Positions 11,991 to 25,078 of a stretch of DNA of 64,000 bases are shown here, piece by piece. Positions within the stretch are counted from its first letter, which is position 1. Every line of letters begins with the position of its first letter. Source of the stretch: Schizochytrium sp. TIO01 (taxonomy: Eukaryota > Protista > Bigyra: Labyrinthulomycetes); contig SMSO01000035.1 of NCBI GenBank assembly GCA_004764695.1, positions 1,302,001 through 1,366,000 of the forward strand, read 5' to 3'. Under the pieces are notes generated by a model. That model searched no databases and had not been told where the DNA came from. It worked only from the letters and a program-made list of their open reading frames with translations. The position numbers were made by a program, and so were the translations under genes.

Positions 11991-14900
11991 ATGGACAAAA
12001 AGAAAGACACCCATCTATCTACCTCGCCAACTATAATGAACAAAAGAACTGAGTGAACAGACCAACAACTTATTTTAAGTATATTTTTAGTAAATACAGC
12101 GGTATCTGGCTAAGGAGACCAAAATGTCAAGCGCCAGCCAGCGAGGAGGCGTTGAAATTCCCAACCCTCGAGCGCCACGATCACAATCTGCCCCCTGAGC
12201 CTATGTAGCCGCCGAGTGGCAGACGAGGTCAAGGCGGCAGCCCATGGCGGCTTTGGGAGCTTCCCTGACAGAGCACATGGCGGCAGAGATGCCCGTCAGA
12301 CGCCTTCGAGCGTTCTTTCTCTTTGCGATGATCCCATTGCCTTTCTGACTCCTGGAGACAAACCCGCGCCTGCTCCCGTTCTTAAACGTGGTATCTGCAG
12401 AGGCTGAGGAAATAAATCAAACTTCGTGCAATGCAGTGGCGCAGAGGCCTGTGAACTCGCACTCGGACAGGGGAAGGTTTCGTTGTGAATCTTCAAGGCT
12501 GCCTCCATCCGCGTGCTTTGGGAAAGCGAGGCAGGCAGAGCGTAGACGAAGATGCCCATCCCACGGAAAGATTGCTTGAGGCGCCGTCGCGCGACACTGA
12601 GATTTAGTAAGCTTGGCCACTCTGCTCCTGTGCTCTTTGCGGTATGTATGTCTCAAGGACTTCAAGACGGCCTTAGAAGCGAGAAAAGTTTTAATCCAGG
12701 GCACCTTAGAGTTCATCGTAGAGAGTTCATCGAAGATCGCTTGCTAACAGGCTGCAGATAGACAGACAGCCATGAGGCTAAGCGCGCTTCGGAGAGCTTG
12801 GATGTGTGGAGCTGTGGGGAGGAGGTGTGCACGGACCTTCCGACTTGGTCCGGGAGCGATTGAAAAAATCAAAGCTGAGCAAGCTGAACGAGGCCTCCAT
12901 AGCTTCACTGTGGTAAGCAGTGAGAGGGTATCAGCTCGAAAGCAGAAGCGCCTCGAAGCAGCGGAGAGAGAGGGATTAGCTTTGTCTGTGGCAGAAGGTA
13001 GCTAGATAGCAAGATAGCTAGATAGCTACCGGTTCACGGGCAGAGCTGCGGGCAGAGGCTTCGACCGTTCCAAGAAAGAAAGCTGCTCGCTCCTTTGCTT
13101 GGAGACCTGATGCTGGAGCAGCGACGAGGAAGTCGAGGCCAAGCTGGAGAAAGCAAAAGGTATTTCAAACTGGTGCTGAGTTTTGAAACGCGCCTTCCTC
13201 CAGAGAAGCCACGGAGCAACAGCAAAAAGCTCGCAAGCTTCTTTCCGATACAGCAGTAGTTATTTGTTTGTGCAAAACACGAAAAAATTGTTTCCATTAT
13301 TTGATAATCAATCAACAGCCTCCTCGGGTGGGTAAAAGTAGTTAGCATGTTGTTAGTAGTTTTCATACGTGTGTCAACTTCTTTCTTTCTCTGCGCTTTT
13401 ATTAGAGAGAATCAATTACATGTTCAGGTCTCGGTATGAAAAAAGAAAGGTATTTGTGAATGCCTCCAGAGAACGAGCAAGTCAATTTGAGCGATATAAA
13501 GCGCAGATTAGAGTAACGTAATCCCTCTGGTCCGCACCGCCTGCTCATCAAGAAGGGGCGGGGCCGTTGGATTGGCCATTGCTTTTACCGCGTCATCAAA
13601 TCATCGGTGTACAAATCGCGTCAGTCGAGGGACAGAACGCAGAATCGGGTGCGAGCAAAAACAATAAATTTATAGAGAACGAACATCAACTGTAGTCCTA
13701 CAACTACTGCTACTGTTTTGTTGATAGGATTTAGTACAAAGGATAAAGCTTAATCCTTACCTGAAGGTTTTAGAAGTTGTGTTTGTTTTTCTCTTACCTT
13801 TTCCTATTTCACTCATTTCTCTCAGATACGGGAAGCTGTTTGTATATGTAGATTTGTTGAGAATGGCTGATTTCTCAACCAAGAACTCTTATAGCGTATC
13901 GATACGTGGACTGCTAAACTGATTTTCTTCACGCAAGTTGTCACAGGAAGTTGTCCGACCGAAGTATTAATCAAAGTATTATCTTCTCATACTGTGGAGG
14001 CGACGAGTCTTTCATCTCTGCTTAGGACAATTGCTAGCGATCCTATCACCAACAACTCAAAACTTTTTAAAATAAACTGTTTAAATTCAAAGAATCGGTT
14101 TAAACTCAAGAAATATATATATATATATTACTGCGGGAGGTTTGGGAGGTCTAAGTTTTTGAATTAAATAAAAAATAACAAAGTTTGGAAAAGTGAGTGC
14201 CTGAAAGTATCTATTCTTTGATCATAGGAGTAGTAATAACAATAACATATATGTAATTCTTATTCCTGGCAAGATTGAATTAAGACGAGTGATGAAGCTA
14301 AGTTATTTATTCATAACACAACTTTCGGAAATCAGAAACTGGTGGAGTAGACAATTTAAAAGGAAGGAGTAGTACTACTTTTCAAGTTAAAAATTGTGTC
14401 ATCAGTATTCAAATTATCTGCAGCAAGCTTGTTAACGATCACGAATCAGTTCATACCGAGCTAGAATGGAACGAAATTCAATTAATCGATGATCGATAGA
14501 ACATCAACGCATTAGAAGACATTTCACTCACTCGACTTTTTTGAAATCCTCTTTCTCGTTTTGAGTGAATGCTTTGACTCGAATTATTTACCCAGGTTAA
14601 GAGATTTTAACTCAGTACCTCTGTCAAATGAGTGAGAGTGTTTTCTCGCCTGTTCGAGTTCCGTGGTTCCGCATTGTTTAGTCTCCAACACTTTAACGGA
14701 CTTCAGAGCACTTATGTGCCCCTAGTTGTACAGGGAAAACCACTACGTAGCTATAATTAACTTTTTTCTATTAATTAATAAAAAGGTTTTGGTATTATTT
14801 TTAATTAGTAAACTAAAGAAATAGTAAAAACATAAAAAGCCTGGTGCGGTTGTGTTCTTGCCGTGAATAGAACCCCTCTTCTTAAATCACACAGTAGCTC

Positions 14901-17237
14901 TCCTCAAAATAGAGAGGGAAGCACTGTGGGGCCAACTGGAAAACTGCTGTTTTCTTTCGTAGGAGAATTTTCACGAGTGCAGGACCCTGCAGTCCTGACG
15001 TTTAACAATAAGCGATTGTCAGAGAGGCGATCGATGATAATAGTTACTTACCCAAGGCGCTCAAAGGTTCCACAAAGAAAAGACAAAGATCGATCGTGGT
15101 TTCGCAAGGAGGAAGAAAAGGCACATAGGGGGAAGCTAGCTTGCGTCGAGCCAGAGCCTGGATTACATACGCTAAAGCAGAGAACCTTCAAACTCGAACC
15201 TTGTCGTTCTCTTCCAATGGTGCTGTGCTTCTTTCAGGCAGCAGACTGGCAGACATATTGGCGCCCGACTTTAAGTAGAGCGGGCAGGAAACAACAAACA
15301 AACTAACGAACGAACGAACTAACGAACTAACGAACTCAGTTGCACTGACGAATATCATCCATCTATCCATCTATCAATCTATCAATCTATCAATCTACAA
15401 CAGTTCAAGTTCTTCTGGCAATCTCGTTGAAGAAGGGCCTGTGGCATTTGGAATGAAAGCCTGAGGACGATGCTGTCTGTTTTGAGTTTTCTCTGCGGAT
15501 GACGATGATGGCTTCAAAGACCAATGCAAGCAAGCAAGCAAGGGTGATCCTGCAGGAGGCGTCCCAAGCAAGCTGTCAGAGTCTCTGTGCAATGAGGCGA
15601 CTCAGGCCGAGTCATCGAGCCAGACAGACCTGCCTCGACTTTCATTCCACAGCGACAGCCAAAGATCGACTTTCCGTGTAGAGAGGCTCTGGTTCAAGGG
15701 CTACAAGTTAGTTACGGCTGCTATTAATTAGACGGGGCCATCGAACAAAAGACAGACCATGAAAGAGGGAAATCAGAGTCTCTTCCCGCGCTAGTACCTA
15801 GTTAGGAGTTACAGCTAGTCGGCGGCATAGCTTTGCCTCTGTCGATTTCTGATGTAAAAATAAAAACAATAATAAAATCTAGGCATATTTTTAGTTTATT
15901 TTATACACACGTATTTAAATTACGTGCGCCTTGAGAAGGAAAGGAGCGAATTGAGGGGAAGGCAGACAAGGACGCGAGACTGGAGTCTTTCAGCGGTCTG
16001 TGCTCTCCCCGACCGGGGATTGTAGATCCTCCCCGACGTCCTTCAGGCTCGCCGTGTACTTTTTGAGCGCTCGATTTCAACGTTGAGTGATTCGTTTCCT
16101 CCAACTCTCTTCTGTTTTAGGATACAGTTTGTAGTAATCTTACAATCATTCATTCCTTCTGTGAAAATGAATGAATCCAAAAAGAGTAGTTTTTATTGTT
16201 GATGATAATGATAATATAATAATAATAAAGAAAAAGAAAAGAAAAGAAAAAAGGGTACGTAGGGTGTAGTTAGGCAAAAGCTATGGCACGAAAATGAGGA
16301 ATTCAGGGAAAAGCGGTTATGGCAGTATCGATGGGTCCTTGAGCAGACGAAGCGAAAGGGAGTCGAGACGGATTGGCGTCGTCAAAGTCGCCCTCACCAA
16401 TCTCCAAGTGTCGCCCTTGCTACACTCCTAGGGTGTTTGTGGGGAGTAAACATTCTCTTCCCCAAAGTTTCAAGTACTAGTGCGTAGTATCGCCATCCAT
16501 TTGCTTGCCCTGTCTCTCTGTCTGTCTGTCTGTCTTTCAGTCAGTCTTTCCCCACTCAAGGAAGGACCCGGAATCCTCGAGATGCAGGCAGAACTGCGAG
16601 CTGATCCTACTCGTATCAGGTAGCTAGCCTAGCTACCGCCTGCATTCAGAGCCCTCTTCGGACGGCGCGCCTTATCATAGATAATTTAAGGTCTTTTCTT
16701 TCTTGTCACTGTTTTGCTATTTTTTGATTTTAAAAAGCGCCTTTGCATATCATAACCTCCCTCGTCTATTGATTCAATTCATACAGGTTTGCTATTCTAT
16801 CTCCTTTGGAGCTGTTTTGAAAGCACTGTCAAAGACTCTCTCAGGTTGAGTCATCCCTCATCCATCATCGAACCCAGCTGCCTCAAAGCTGAGACGATCA
16901 AGATGGCAACCACCCTCCGTCAAAGTCCGCCATCCTCTCGCGTCTCTAAGCAAGCAAGCAAAGGACGCAAGCAAGACCTAAACAGCCAAGCGAGGAGGGA
17001 AGCAGGCTTAGCAGCAAATAGCAGAGGAAGGAAGCCTCCAGCTCCCAGGTCACCCGAACGAATAAGCGAGGAATCCCAAGGAACGAGGAAGCAACCCAAC
17101 GAAAGCAACGGAGAAAACAGCAGCTTTGAAAGAAACGAAGAAGCGCCTGAGGAATGGATAAATAGCCAAAGCCAAAGCAAACGAAGCGGACGAAGCGGAG
17201 GCGGGGCAGCCGCCAGCACGCGAGGCGGGGAAGCAGA

Positions 17238-17297
17238 AGTGAGTGAGTGAGTGAGTGAATGAGTGAATGAGTGAATGAGTGAGTGAGTGAATGAATG
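17238..17297. repeat. (GAGT/GAAT)n microsatellite
   Basis: Directly visible. Confidence 0.9.
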
Positions 17298-17857
17298 GGT
17301 GCCTTCGCAGTCAGAAATTGGGAGGGAAGGAATGAAGGAAAGAGAAGAGAAAGAAATGGACGAAGAAGACAAGACCTCGAACCTCCACTCCCTCCAGCCA
17401 TCGCGAACCGGAGAAAGTCCAAGGCCACCCGGTCCGCCGGGTTCGAGGGGACTGGAAACGGCGCCCAACCAACTTGAAAGGCCAACCCGAGGCCTGACTG
17501 ATTGCCTGTGCTTGCCACGCATGTGCGTTTTATGCAAAGACTTGACAGGTCTCGAGACCAGATGGTCCATGGATGGGCCACAAGGCGCGGAGGTGATTGG
17601 TACACACTACGGTGCAGGCACCTAAATCCCTGAATCTCGTGTGAGCTTGACTCGCTCACTCTAATTGGATCGAGCCGTCGGAAACCAGGACTCTTTGGAG
17701 GAAGCACGGAAGAACGACCTGCCTCGCTTTCGTACCGAGCGATAGTCTGTGTGTCTGTCTGCCAAAGCGATCGTTAGGGCTCCGAGCATTCGGGATTCCT
17801 TTGCTTTCCTGATTCGTACTTTGGTGTACCATCTGCTGAGATGTGTGTGTCTAAATA

Positions 17858-17888
<31 letters not shown>

Positions 17889-18267
17889 ATATATGGACGC
17901 TCTTGTAATTACAAAAATGGTTAAACTTTTTTTCTTTCTCTTTTCTCAAGTGTTAAAAATCGTGTATAAGAGTATGACGAGAATGAGCATCGCCTCCTCC
18001 ATTGTTTTCGACATCTACATCTTGAAGCATTTCTTTCACTGTTATGACGACTTTACCAGTGCTCGAAGCTATTTCTCAATTATTATCTTTCATTAAAAAC
18101 ACGTACGGGAAGCCTATCTATGTCTTGCTTAACTTGCAAGATGCAAACAAATCTATCTCTGTGCACGGGAAGACCATCTCAAGTCCTCGGAATGGATACA
18201 ATGCAAGTGCGACAAAGGATCCACGTGCGAGAGGAGAAGTGCGATAGACAATCCATCTTGCAGAAAG

Positions 18268-18341
18268 CGAGTGAGCGAGTGAGTGAGTGAGTGAGTGAGT
18301 GAGTGAGTGATTGCGTGAGTGCGTGAGTGAGCGAGCGAGTG
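18268..18341. repeat. (GAGT/GAGC)n microsatellite
   Basis: Directly visible. Confidence 0.9.
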
Positions 18342-19788
18342 AACCTCCCTTCCGGAAAAGCCACGCGAGAAGCACCTTCGTGGCCTTCTTCTCGCTCCAG
18401 CTTTCGTGCATGCATTTCGCCAGCTTGGACGAAGGAGGTGCCGTGACATGCAGACACCCTGCGGACCACAGCGCCCTCCCGGCACCAGCTCCACCCGCTT
18501 TAGAGACGCGAGGACCTGGGCAAGTGAAGCTTGGAGCAAGAGCTTGGCTTGCGGAGGCGCTTTCCTCTGAAAGTTGTTGGCATTTGGGGTTTTCACAAGA
18601 CCACTCGATTCGACACGTGCCGCGCGACAGACAATCTCGTACGCACGTACGCACGGCTGTTCGTGAGTTATCATCATCCAAGCTCGACGCCCATTGCGGA
18701 GGCGTCTCGATCTCGAGCAGCGCGTGCTCACCGCCTTTTGTTGGTCTTGAGCGTATGATTTCACGCCACTCGCAAACTCGACCCTGATCCGATTACAGAG
18801 AAGCAGACGAACAGAGTTGTCTGCCAATTTACTTACTTGAAGAAACAGCCCCAGCAGATTGATCTTCTGACCCGACACGAGCTCTGAGTAAAGACAGGTG
18901 CATCAGCGCGGCTTGAAAGGATAGCGAGAAAAACCTGCCGAACAGTCAGTCAGTCAGTCAATCAGTCAGTCGGTCAGTCAACCAGTCAGCTTCAGCCTTT
19001 GAGTTGCGATAGGTTTGAAGATCCCGTCGAGAAGAGCCATTCTAAGATCAATCAAATTGCGCTGCTCTGTCTCCTGGTTGCAGTGCCTGGTAGCCTAATC
19101 CCTAGGGGGACTAGTACTGCTCGCTCTTTTTCATTTGTCTACCTTCGTTGCAACCCTAATGTTTTACTTTTTCCAAAACTTTTTATTTCCGATTTTCATC
19201 TTTTTGTTTAATACAGTAAAAGTGACACAGATTGGATGACCATTCCTTTTTGCTCTTCCTTTTTATTTTCATCTTCTCTTTAAAGCTAAAAATAATAACC
19301 CGTATGCTAGACAGGGCATAGTTGCTCTTTATACTCCAAGCTTTTGAAAAGAACCACTTGCCATAGTAATACCCATTAAAACTGATTTAACTAAAGTTCA
19401 ATTAAAAAACATTTTGACAATCTCCCTATACGTATACAGCTGAGGGGAAGAAAATGCTTACGATATTACTAGCTAGTTTGCTAGTAAGTTAGCTAGCGAA
19501 GCGTCTAGGAATAGGGAGCAGTACGCGGGTAACAGGTCCCTAGGTACTTTAATGCGCGCTTTCTCCAGGCACACTGGAAGCCCCAATGGCGCCTGGAGAG
19601 AGGCTGCATTGGAGAAGGAGGACCTTGCAGGAAGCTCAAAGGCGCAGCCAGACAAGATATACGTATATACATACCGCAGGCGAGGCGCCCTCCCTCTAGT
19701 TGATCTGACCTGAGAAGGCCCATCACAGACAGAAAGAGGCGCCAGAACCAACAGTGGATGAATGAAAGGACGGCAATGAAGAAAGTAC

Positions 19789-19810
19789 ATCAATCAATCA
19801 CAATCAATCG

Positions 19811-19848
<38 letters not shown>
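19789..19848. repeat. (ATCA)n microsatellite
   Basis: Directly visible. Confidence 0.9.
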
Positions 19849-19849
<1 letters not shown>

Positions 19850-21825
19850 CAGGATATGAGAGCAGAGATGAAGGCAACAGAGACACCAACGGCGGCTTCC
19901 CTACTGTTTGGGATAGGCGGGCCTTAGCAGAGCTTTCGTACTCTATTGAACCGCAGGCATCGCGTCTTAGACGGCGGGAGGGGTGATTACTAGTGTTTAG
20001 GTTAGGAGGGCTTTTAAGCGTGGGACTACAGTCACGGTGCTGACATTAAGAGAGAAGAAAGAGAGAAAGAAAAGATAATCTGTTTTGCTCTTTCCAAAGC
20101 CCTTCGGCTAGCTGATGGGTATGGGACTAGTTAGTAGGTACGGAAAAGTACAGGCCTCGTCAGGCATCAATAGAATGGCCAATATTCCGCAAGGACCTGG
20201 AAGTTTTGAAGTAAACTCAAAGGTCTGGCCCCCACACCCGCAATCAGCCTGTCCTTACATTTTTTTAGGGATGACAGGAAATATGAGTCCCTCAGGGTTT
20301 AGGTGGGGAAGTCACGGTGTGGGGTAATTTTTAGTGAAATTATAGTAAACAGGAAAAAGGAAATACAAAAGGTGGCCAAGGAAATGGAGGAAATCGTGGA
20401 ACGGTGGTGACTCAGAAAATAAACAAAACAAAACAAAAAAAACAAAGAAAGAAAGAAAAAACGAACAGACAGACAGATAGACAGAGAGACATTATCGAAT
20501 AGAGAAGTGATACCGAAAGACTATCTGCTTTTTCCCTTCACATATAGTGCTGCTTGTGGCCCAAAGTTGTGGGTTTCCCTATCAGTCAGCAAGGTATTAG
20601 GGAGGCTGGGTTGAAGAAAGCAGCTGCCATCACCATAATAGTCCCTATGAGGATCTTTTGCACTATTTTCTTCTTTACTAAGTAGCCTTTTAAAGTTGAA
20701 AATGAACTCATAAATGAATCAGGAACACTGTTATTAATATTACTTGGCTTATTTTCACTGTTAAATGATCACACTGAGAGAATGTTTTAAAAAGAGAAAT
20801 AGCGAACTAAAAGTAATGTTTTCAATTGGTAGGCGGTAGATAGCACCGTACGTAGTCTTGCGTGTAGAAAGGAAAAGAAGAGGACCCGGCGAAAAGGCAT
20901 GGAGCCACTGTGGGGAAGGCAAAAGGAAATAAGCCAGCGGAGAATATGATAGGAACAAGGTAGTGCTAATGAAGGACTGATAGGTTTAATTAGGTATGTA
21001 GGTAGGTACCACTAAGAATGCTGGTAAGTAGCTAACTAGCTCTGGAGTAACAAAGAGAGTCAGAAGAGCAAACGCCAAAGAGGAAGTTTGGGAAATTCAT
21101 TTGGGGCAAAAGGAAAGGAGGATTTCCGCTTAAAAAAGAAAGCCAGAAGAGAAAAGAAGGGGAGAAGCAGGCGGGCGAGCAGTTGTTCTTCTTTAAAAAA
21201 CACTTTTAAAAAAAAAAAAACTATATGAAAAGCTTATTAAAATGAAAAAGGGGTGCTTCGAAACAGTTTAGCAAGTCCCCACAGCACTTTTTGAATAAAG
21301 GAAATCTGTTAAAAACAAATCAAAAGAACTATATTGTTTTTTCTAGATGTAGAAACCCACTATACCCTTTTATATATAGCTAGGTTTGCTCAAACACAGC
21401 GAAGCAGAGGGCAGAAAAGGGTTTTTGGCATGGCTGGAACTGTAAAAGAAAACGAATTATGCGTCAACTTCCTAAATACTCCTACCCCTCTAGCTTCAGT
21501 ATTAGTATGGAGTGTAAGCTGGTCGGGCGATCATAGTAAAAGAAAAAGTGTGAGGCAAGGAACAGGAAAGGAATAGAAGGAAGGAAGAAAGGAATACATA
21601 GTTATATAAGCATGTAAAGTATATGAGTTTTATTAACCCACTACTAGTGCATAGTAGTGCAGGTAAAGTAGTAAGAAAAATAATAAAAAAATAATAGAAC
21701 TGAGATAGAAAATAATGGAAATAATATGAACTAAATAGGGAAAGAAAGAAAGAAAGAAAGGAAGAAAGAAAGAAGAAACACATAAGTAGCTAGAGAGCAG
21801 GCTAGCGAAGCAGCAAACCCGAGTT

Positions 21826-21853
21826 GAGTCGAGTCGAGTCGAGTCGAGTCGAG
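21826..21853. repeat. (GAGTC)n pentanucleotide repeat
   Basis: Directly visible. Confidence 0.85.
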
Positions 21854-22180
21854 CCGAGCTGCTTATCTGATCGCTCGTCCCTGTTCCACGCCCAGCCTTT
21901 GCTGCTGCCTGCCGATCGCTCGTGTTCCCAGGCCCCGGCTTCCCAGACCTCGAAAGGCCCACGCCGCCGCGCGACAGTCCCGCGGAAAGCGCCAGCGCTA
22001 CCACCGCGTGGCCGATTGGCAGTCGATTGATTGTTCAATTGACCAGCTCAGTCAGAGAGTCACTTTAAAGAAGAAAGAAAGAAAAGAAAGAGAGAAAGAA
22101 AGAAGTCGCTGCCAGTGAAAGCAGCAAAGCCCTATCTCTCGTTCGGTGAGCGATTGATTGATTCCCTGAGTGATCAGAAG

Positions 22181-22651
22181 ATGGCGCGCTCTCGTGTGAA
22201 CCGTGCCGTTCGCGGAGACCGCGTGGAGGACATGGCAGACCTGCGTGAGTTTGCTCGCGACTTGGATGCTAAGGTTGCTGCCAAGCGCGAGAAGCTTGCG
22301 GCTAGGGAGGCAGTCAGCACTGCCGTGGACACGTTTTCGGCGGTGTTTTCAGACTACGACGGCGAGTCCTCGTCGAGCGCCGACTCAGAGCACCTCCGCA
22401 AGCAGCTCGACAAGTACGAGCTCCAGCTCCACCATGCACGTGATGCAATCTGCGCTGCCAAGGAGTCCGACGCTCGCCTGACCAAGATCAACGCCGACCT
22501 CGAGGACCGCGTGCGCAGTTTGACGGCAGAGAACCAGAAGCTCCTTGCACTCGCTAAATACTTGCGCCAGTTTGAGCGTGAGAACGCCGAACTCAGATTC
22601 ATTGTTGAGGGTCTCTTTGAGAAGAGCGCACCGGCCGCTATGATGCAGTAA
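22181..22651 (+). CDS. Small coiled-coil protein, unknown function (~156 aa)
   Basis: First ATG at 22181 within ORF 22115-22651; strong GC3 codon bias; heptad-rich C-terminal half (LEDRVRSLTAENQKLLALAKYLRQFERENAELRF). Confidence 0.7.
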   Translation: MARSRVNRAVRGDRVEDMADLREFARDLDAKVAAKREKLAAREAVSTAVDTFSAVFSDYDGESSSSADSEHLRKQLDKYELQLHHARDAICAAKESDARLTKINADLEDRVRSLTAENQKLLALAKYLRQFERENAELRFIVEGLFEKSAPAAMMQ

Positions 22652-23444
22652 AGCTGCTCTACACACGCCACCCACGAACTAAGACGGAGGGCGCTGTACA
22701 ACGCAGTGCGCTCCTTCTCGCTTTTGTTTTTTGGATTGACGCTGTGCAGCCTTTTGATACATAAATCGTTGACAAGCAGCGGCAGCGCGCGAAGTCTGCC
22801 TTCCGGCGCTTCGAGCCTCATGCTCGCTTGTGTGCACCGCAAATACACTCATTTACTCACTAGGCACGGCCCCGTGTGACATACTACTTTCGTACGTTGG
22901 GACCGTGCCCCTCCTCGCGCTCGTGCAATTCGTAGGCGCTTGGCTAGTGAAGGGGTCATCAAGTATTTCTGCTGCCTTTGTCCCTTCGCCACCACCTCGT
23001 TTTTTCCTTTCTTTCCTTTGCTTTCCTTTTTTTTCTTCTACATATTCTTTTCGACTCGAGGTTCGCTAATCAGCGTGTTTTGAGATCGTTCCTACATTCG
23101 AACTCGTGCAGTACATTTTTCTTTACGGAGACGTATGCTACATTTACTTTTCGCGCAAGCACAACACATATATTACACTCGCGTGATTAAGATTACAATT
23201 TTTTGCATCTCTTTCAACTCTTTCAATCTTTTATTTCTTGAATTTCTTGCTCTCAACGAGCCCTGACCAACCGCTTTTGTAAAGAAAAGCAGAACGAAAA
23301 AAGTTCAACAAATGTCTTGACTACATTTATTTTAGGAAAGTTCCTCCCAAGCACACAAAATTTCGTCCTAGGAAATGAAGACACAATCAACCTTATAATC
23401 ATCAAATATACATTACTTGCATTTGCGTTATACATATGCTGCTC

Positions 23445-24389
23445 TCAAGCAAGGTTTTGCCGAAAAATTCGGAATTCCTGAGCAATCTTGCGTTGCTCCT
23501 CGAGGTATTGCTCCTCAAGCAGCTTATCCGCATCTTGCAGCTTCTTCGTACATTGTCTCTGGTATTCAAGCAAATCAATGTCTTTAAAATTCGGAGTCTT
23601 CTCAAGGTCCTCAAGGAGACCAAACTTATTCACAAAACCCCGCACTGACCCATCAAGATTCTTTACTTCTTCCTCCATCCTTTGGAACTCACTATCATCA
23701 ATATCCCTTGGAACAAGGTTTAAATTCGCAAAGCATCGCTCCTGGGCATCCAATACAGCCTGTAGCTTACTACATTCACCTTCAGTCTCCTCGCAACTAC
23801 GTACAGCTTCTTGAATTCTTATCTCAAGCTGTGCGACCTCGTTGCGGTGTTTTGCCATCTGTGATACCTCTGATGTAGTGCGCCGAAGAATTGCTTCAAA
23901 GGCTAGGCGCTCTGAAATGAGACGCTGGTTCTCGCGTTTCTGCGTGCCAACGTGTTTTTCAAGCTGCTCGAGGCTCTGCTCTCGCTCCTGAGATTCTCTC
24001 TGCAGAACTCGCATTTCTTCCACGCAACGCTTTGCGTCCTCGCAAAGGTGGTCAAGCGCAGCCGCAACTTCATCAAATTCGTGTCGAAGCTTCTCTGAAT
24101 TGTCCAAGCTGACCATACATGATTTCAAAATTTCGTCTTGAACTTTGTCGAGATTTTGGGCATCCAGAGCCAGGGTTTTCATCAGTTCTAGGTCTTCATC
24201 AGGTAAGGCTGATTCTGCCTTCAACTGCTCACGAAGATCTTCCCTACGTCGAAGAAGGTTCTCGCACTCCGCGGACCTTTGCCGGAGCTGCTCTTGAACC
24301 TCAGCAACGCGACCTTCCTCACGTTGCACCCGCTCTTCTGCAATGGTCTCTTCGGCTTCATGCTGCGCAAACAACCCCATGAAATCCAT
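23445..24389 (-). CDS. Coiled-coil protein, unknown function
   Basis: E/Q/R/L-rich heptad ORF; first ATG at 24389 (MDFMGLF); an upstream exon cannot be excluded. Confidence 0.68.
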   Translation of the reverse strand: MDFMGLFAQHEAEETIAEERVQREEGRVAEVQEQLRQRSAECENLLRRREDLREQLKAESALPDEDLELMKTLALDAQNLDKVQDEILKSCMVSLDNSEKLRHEFDEVAAALDHLCEDAKRCVEEMRVLQRESQEREQSLEQLEKHVGTQKRENQRLISERLAFEAILRRTTSEVSQMAKHRNEVAQLEIRIQEAVRSCEETEGECSKLQAVLDAQERCFANLNLVPRDIDDSEFQRMEEEVKNLDGSVRGFVNKFGLLEDLEKTPNFKDIDLLEYQRQCTKKLQDADKLLEEQYLEEQRKIAQEFRIFRQNLA

Positions 24390-25078
24390 CTTGGCAGCAA
24401 GAGAAAGGTTCTCAATTCTCCCCTCCTTCACACGAACTAGAATCTGCCTCAATACTGTTGTTGCTTTTCAATCTCTTCGTTTCACGTTGAAGTTTTGTTC
24501 AGCTATTTGAAATCCTAATATCAGGGCATAGGAAAACATCACCTCGGGTTTAGAACGTGAAAATGTGTAGCGTTTCAGAACACGCATGTCACCTGCACGG
24601 TTGATTCTTCTACGAGCTCGTGTAATTGTAAATCACGAATAAACTGTTCATTATATGTGTTGTAATAACGGTGGTTCTGGTGAGTTGATCAATGTCACGG
24701 TTTACAGCGCCGTGGGAAATCAACGTGCGGACTCAGGTAGCTTCTTTGGCCTAGAAGATAATACTATGGAATCTATCGCACTGCGTGTGAGGTTTTCCGA
24801 ATTATGAAATTTGTCTTTATTGAGCAATTATTGACGCCTGGCAGAGCCAACCAGATTATTCAGTATGGCATTATAGTCAAAATTCAAAATCTTTGTAAGT
24901 CACCTATCATCAATCCAAGGAGAAGGCTTATTAGAATCCTGAACTATTTATGAATGTATTTATGGATGGCTTCGATGGGCCTAGACACCCGTCTATCTAA
25001 ATCTACGCTATGAAGTTGTTGTTCCAACACTCGTTATTGACTTCGCGATAAAAGAAATATTACAGAGTAGCTTGTGCT

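Noticed and set aside
12216-13260. Coding-like plus-strand block with in-frame ORF pieces
   Set aside because: Multiple stops and frameshifts and no recognisable motif; covered only by the gene-poor tract finding
16789-18878. Several 150-250 aa overlapping ORFs
   Set aside because: Low-complexity, run through GAGT microsatellites, overlap on both strands and contain no domain
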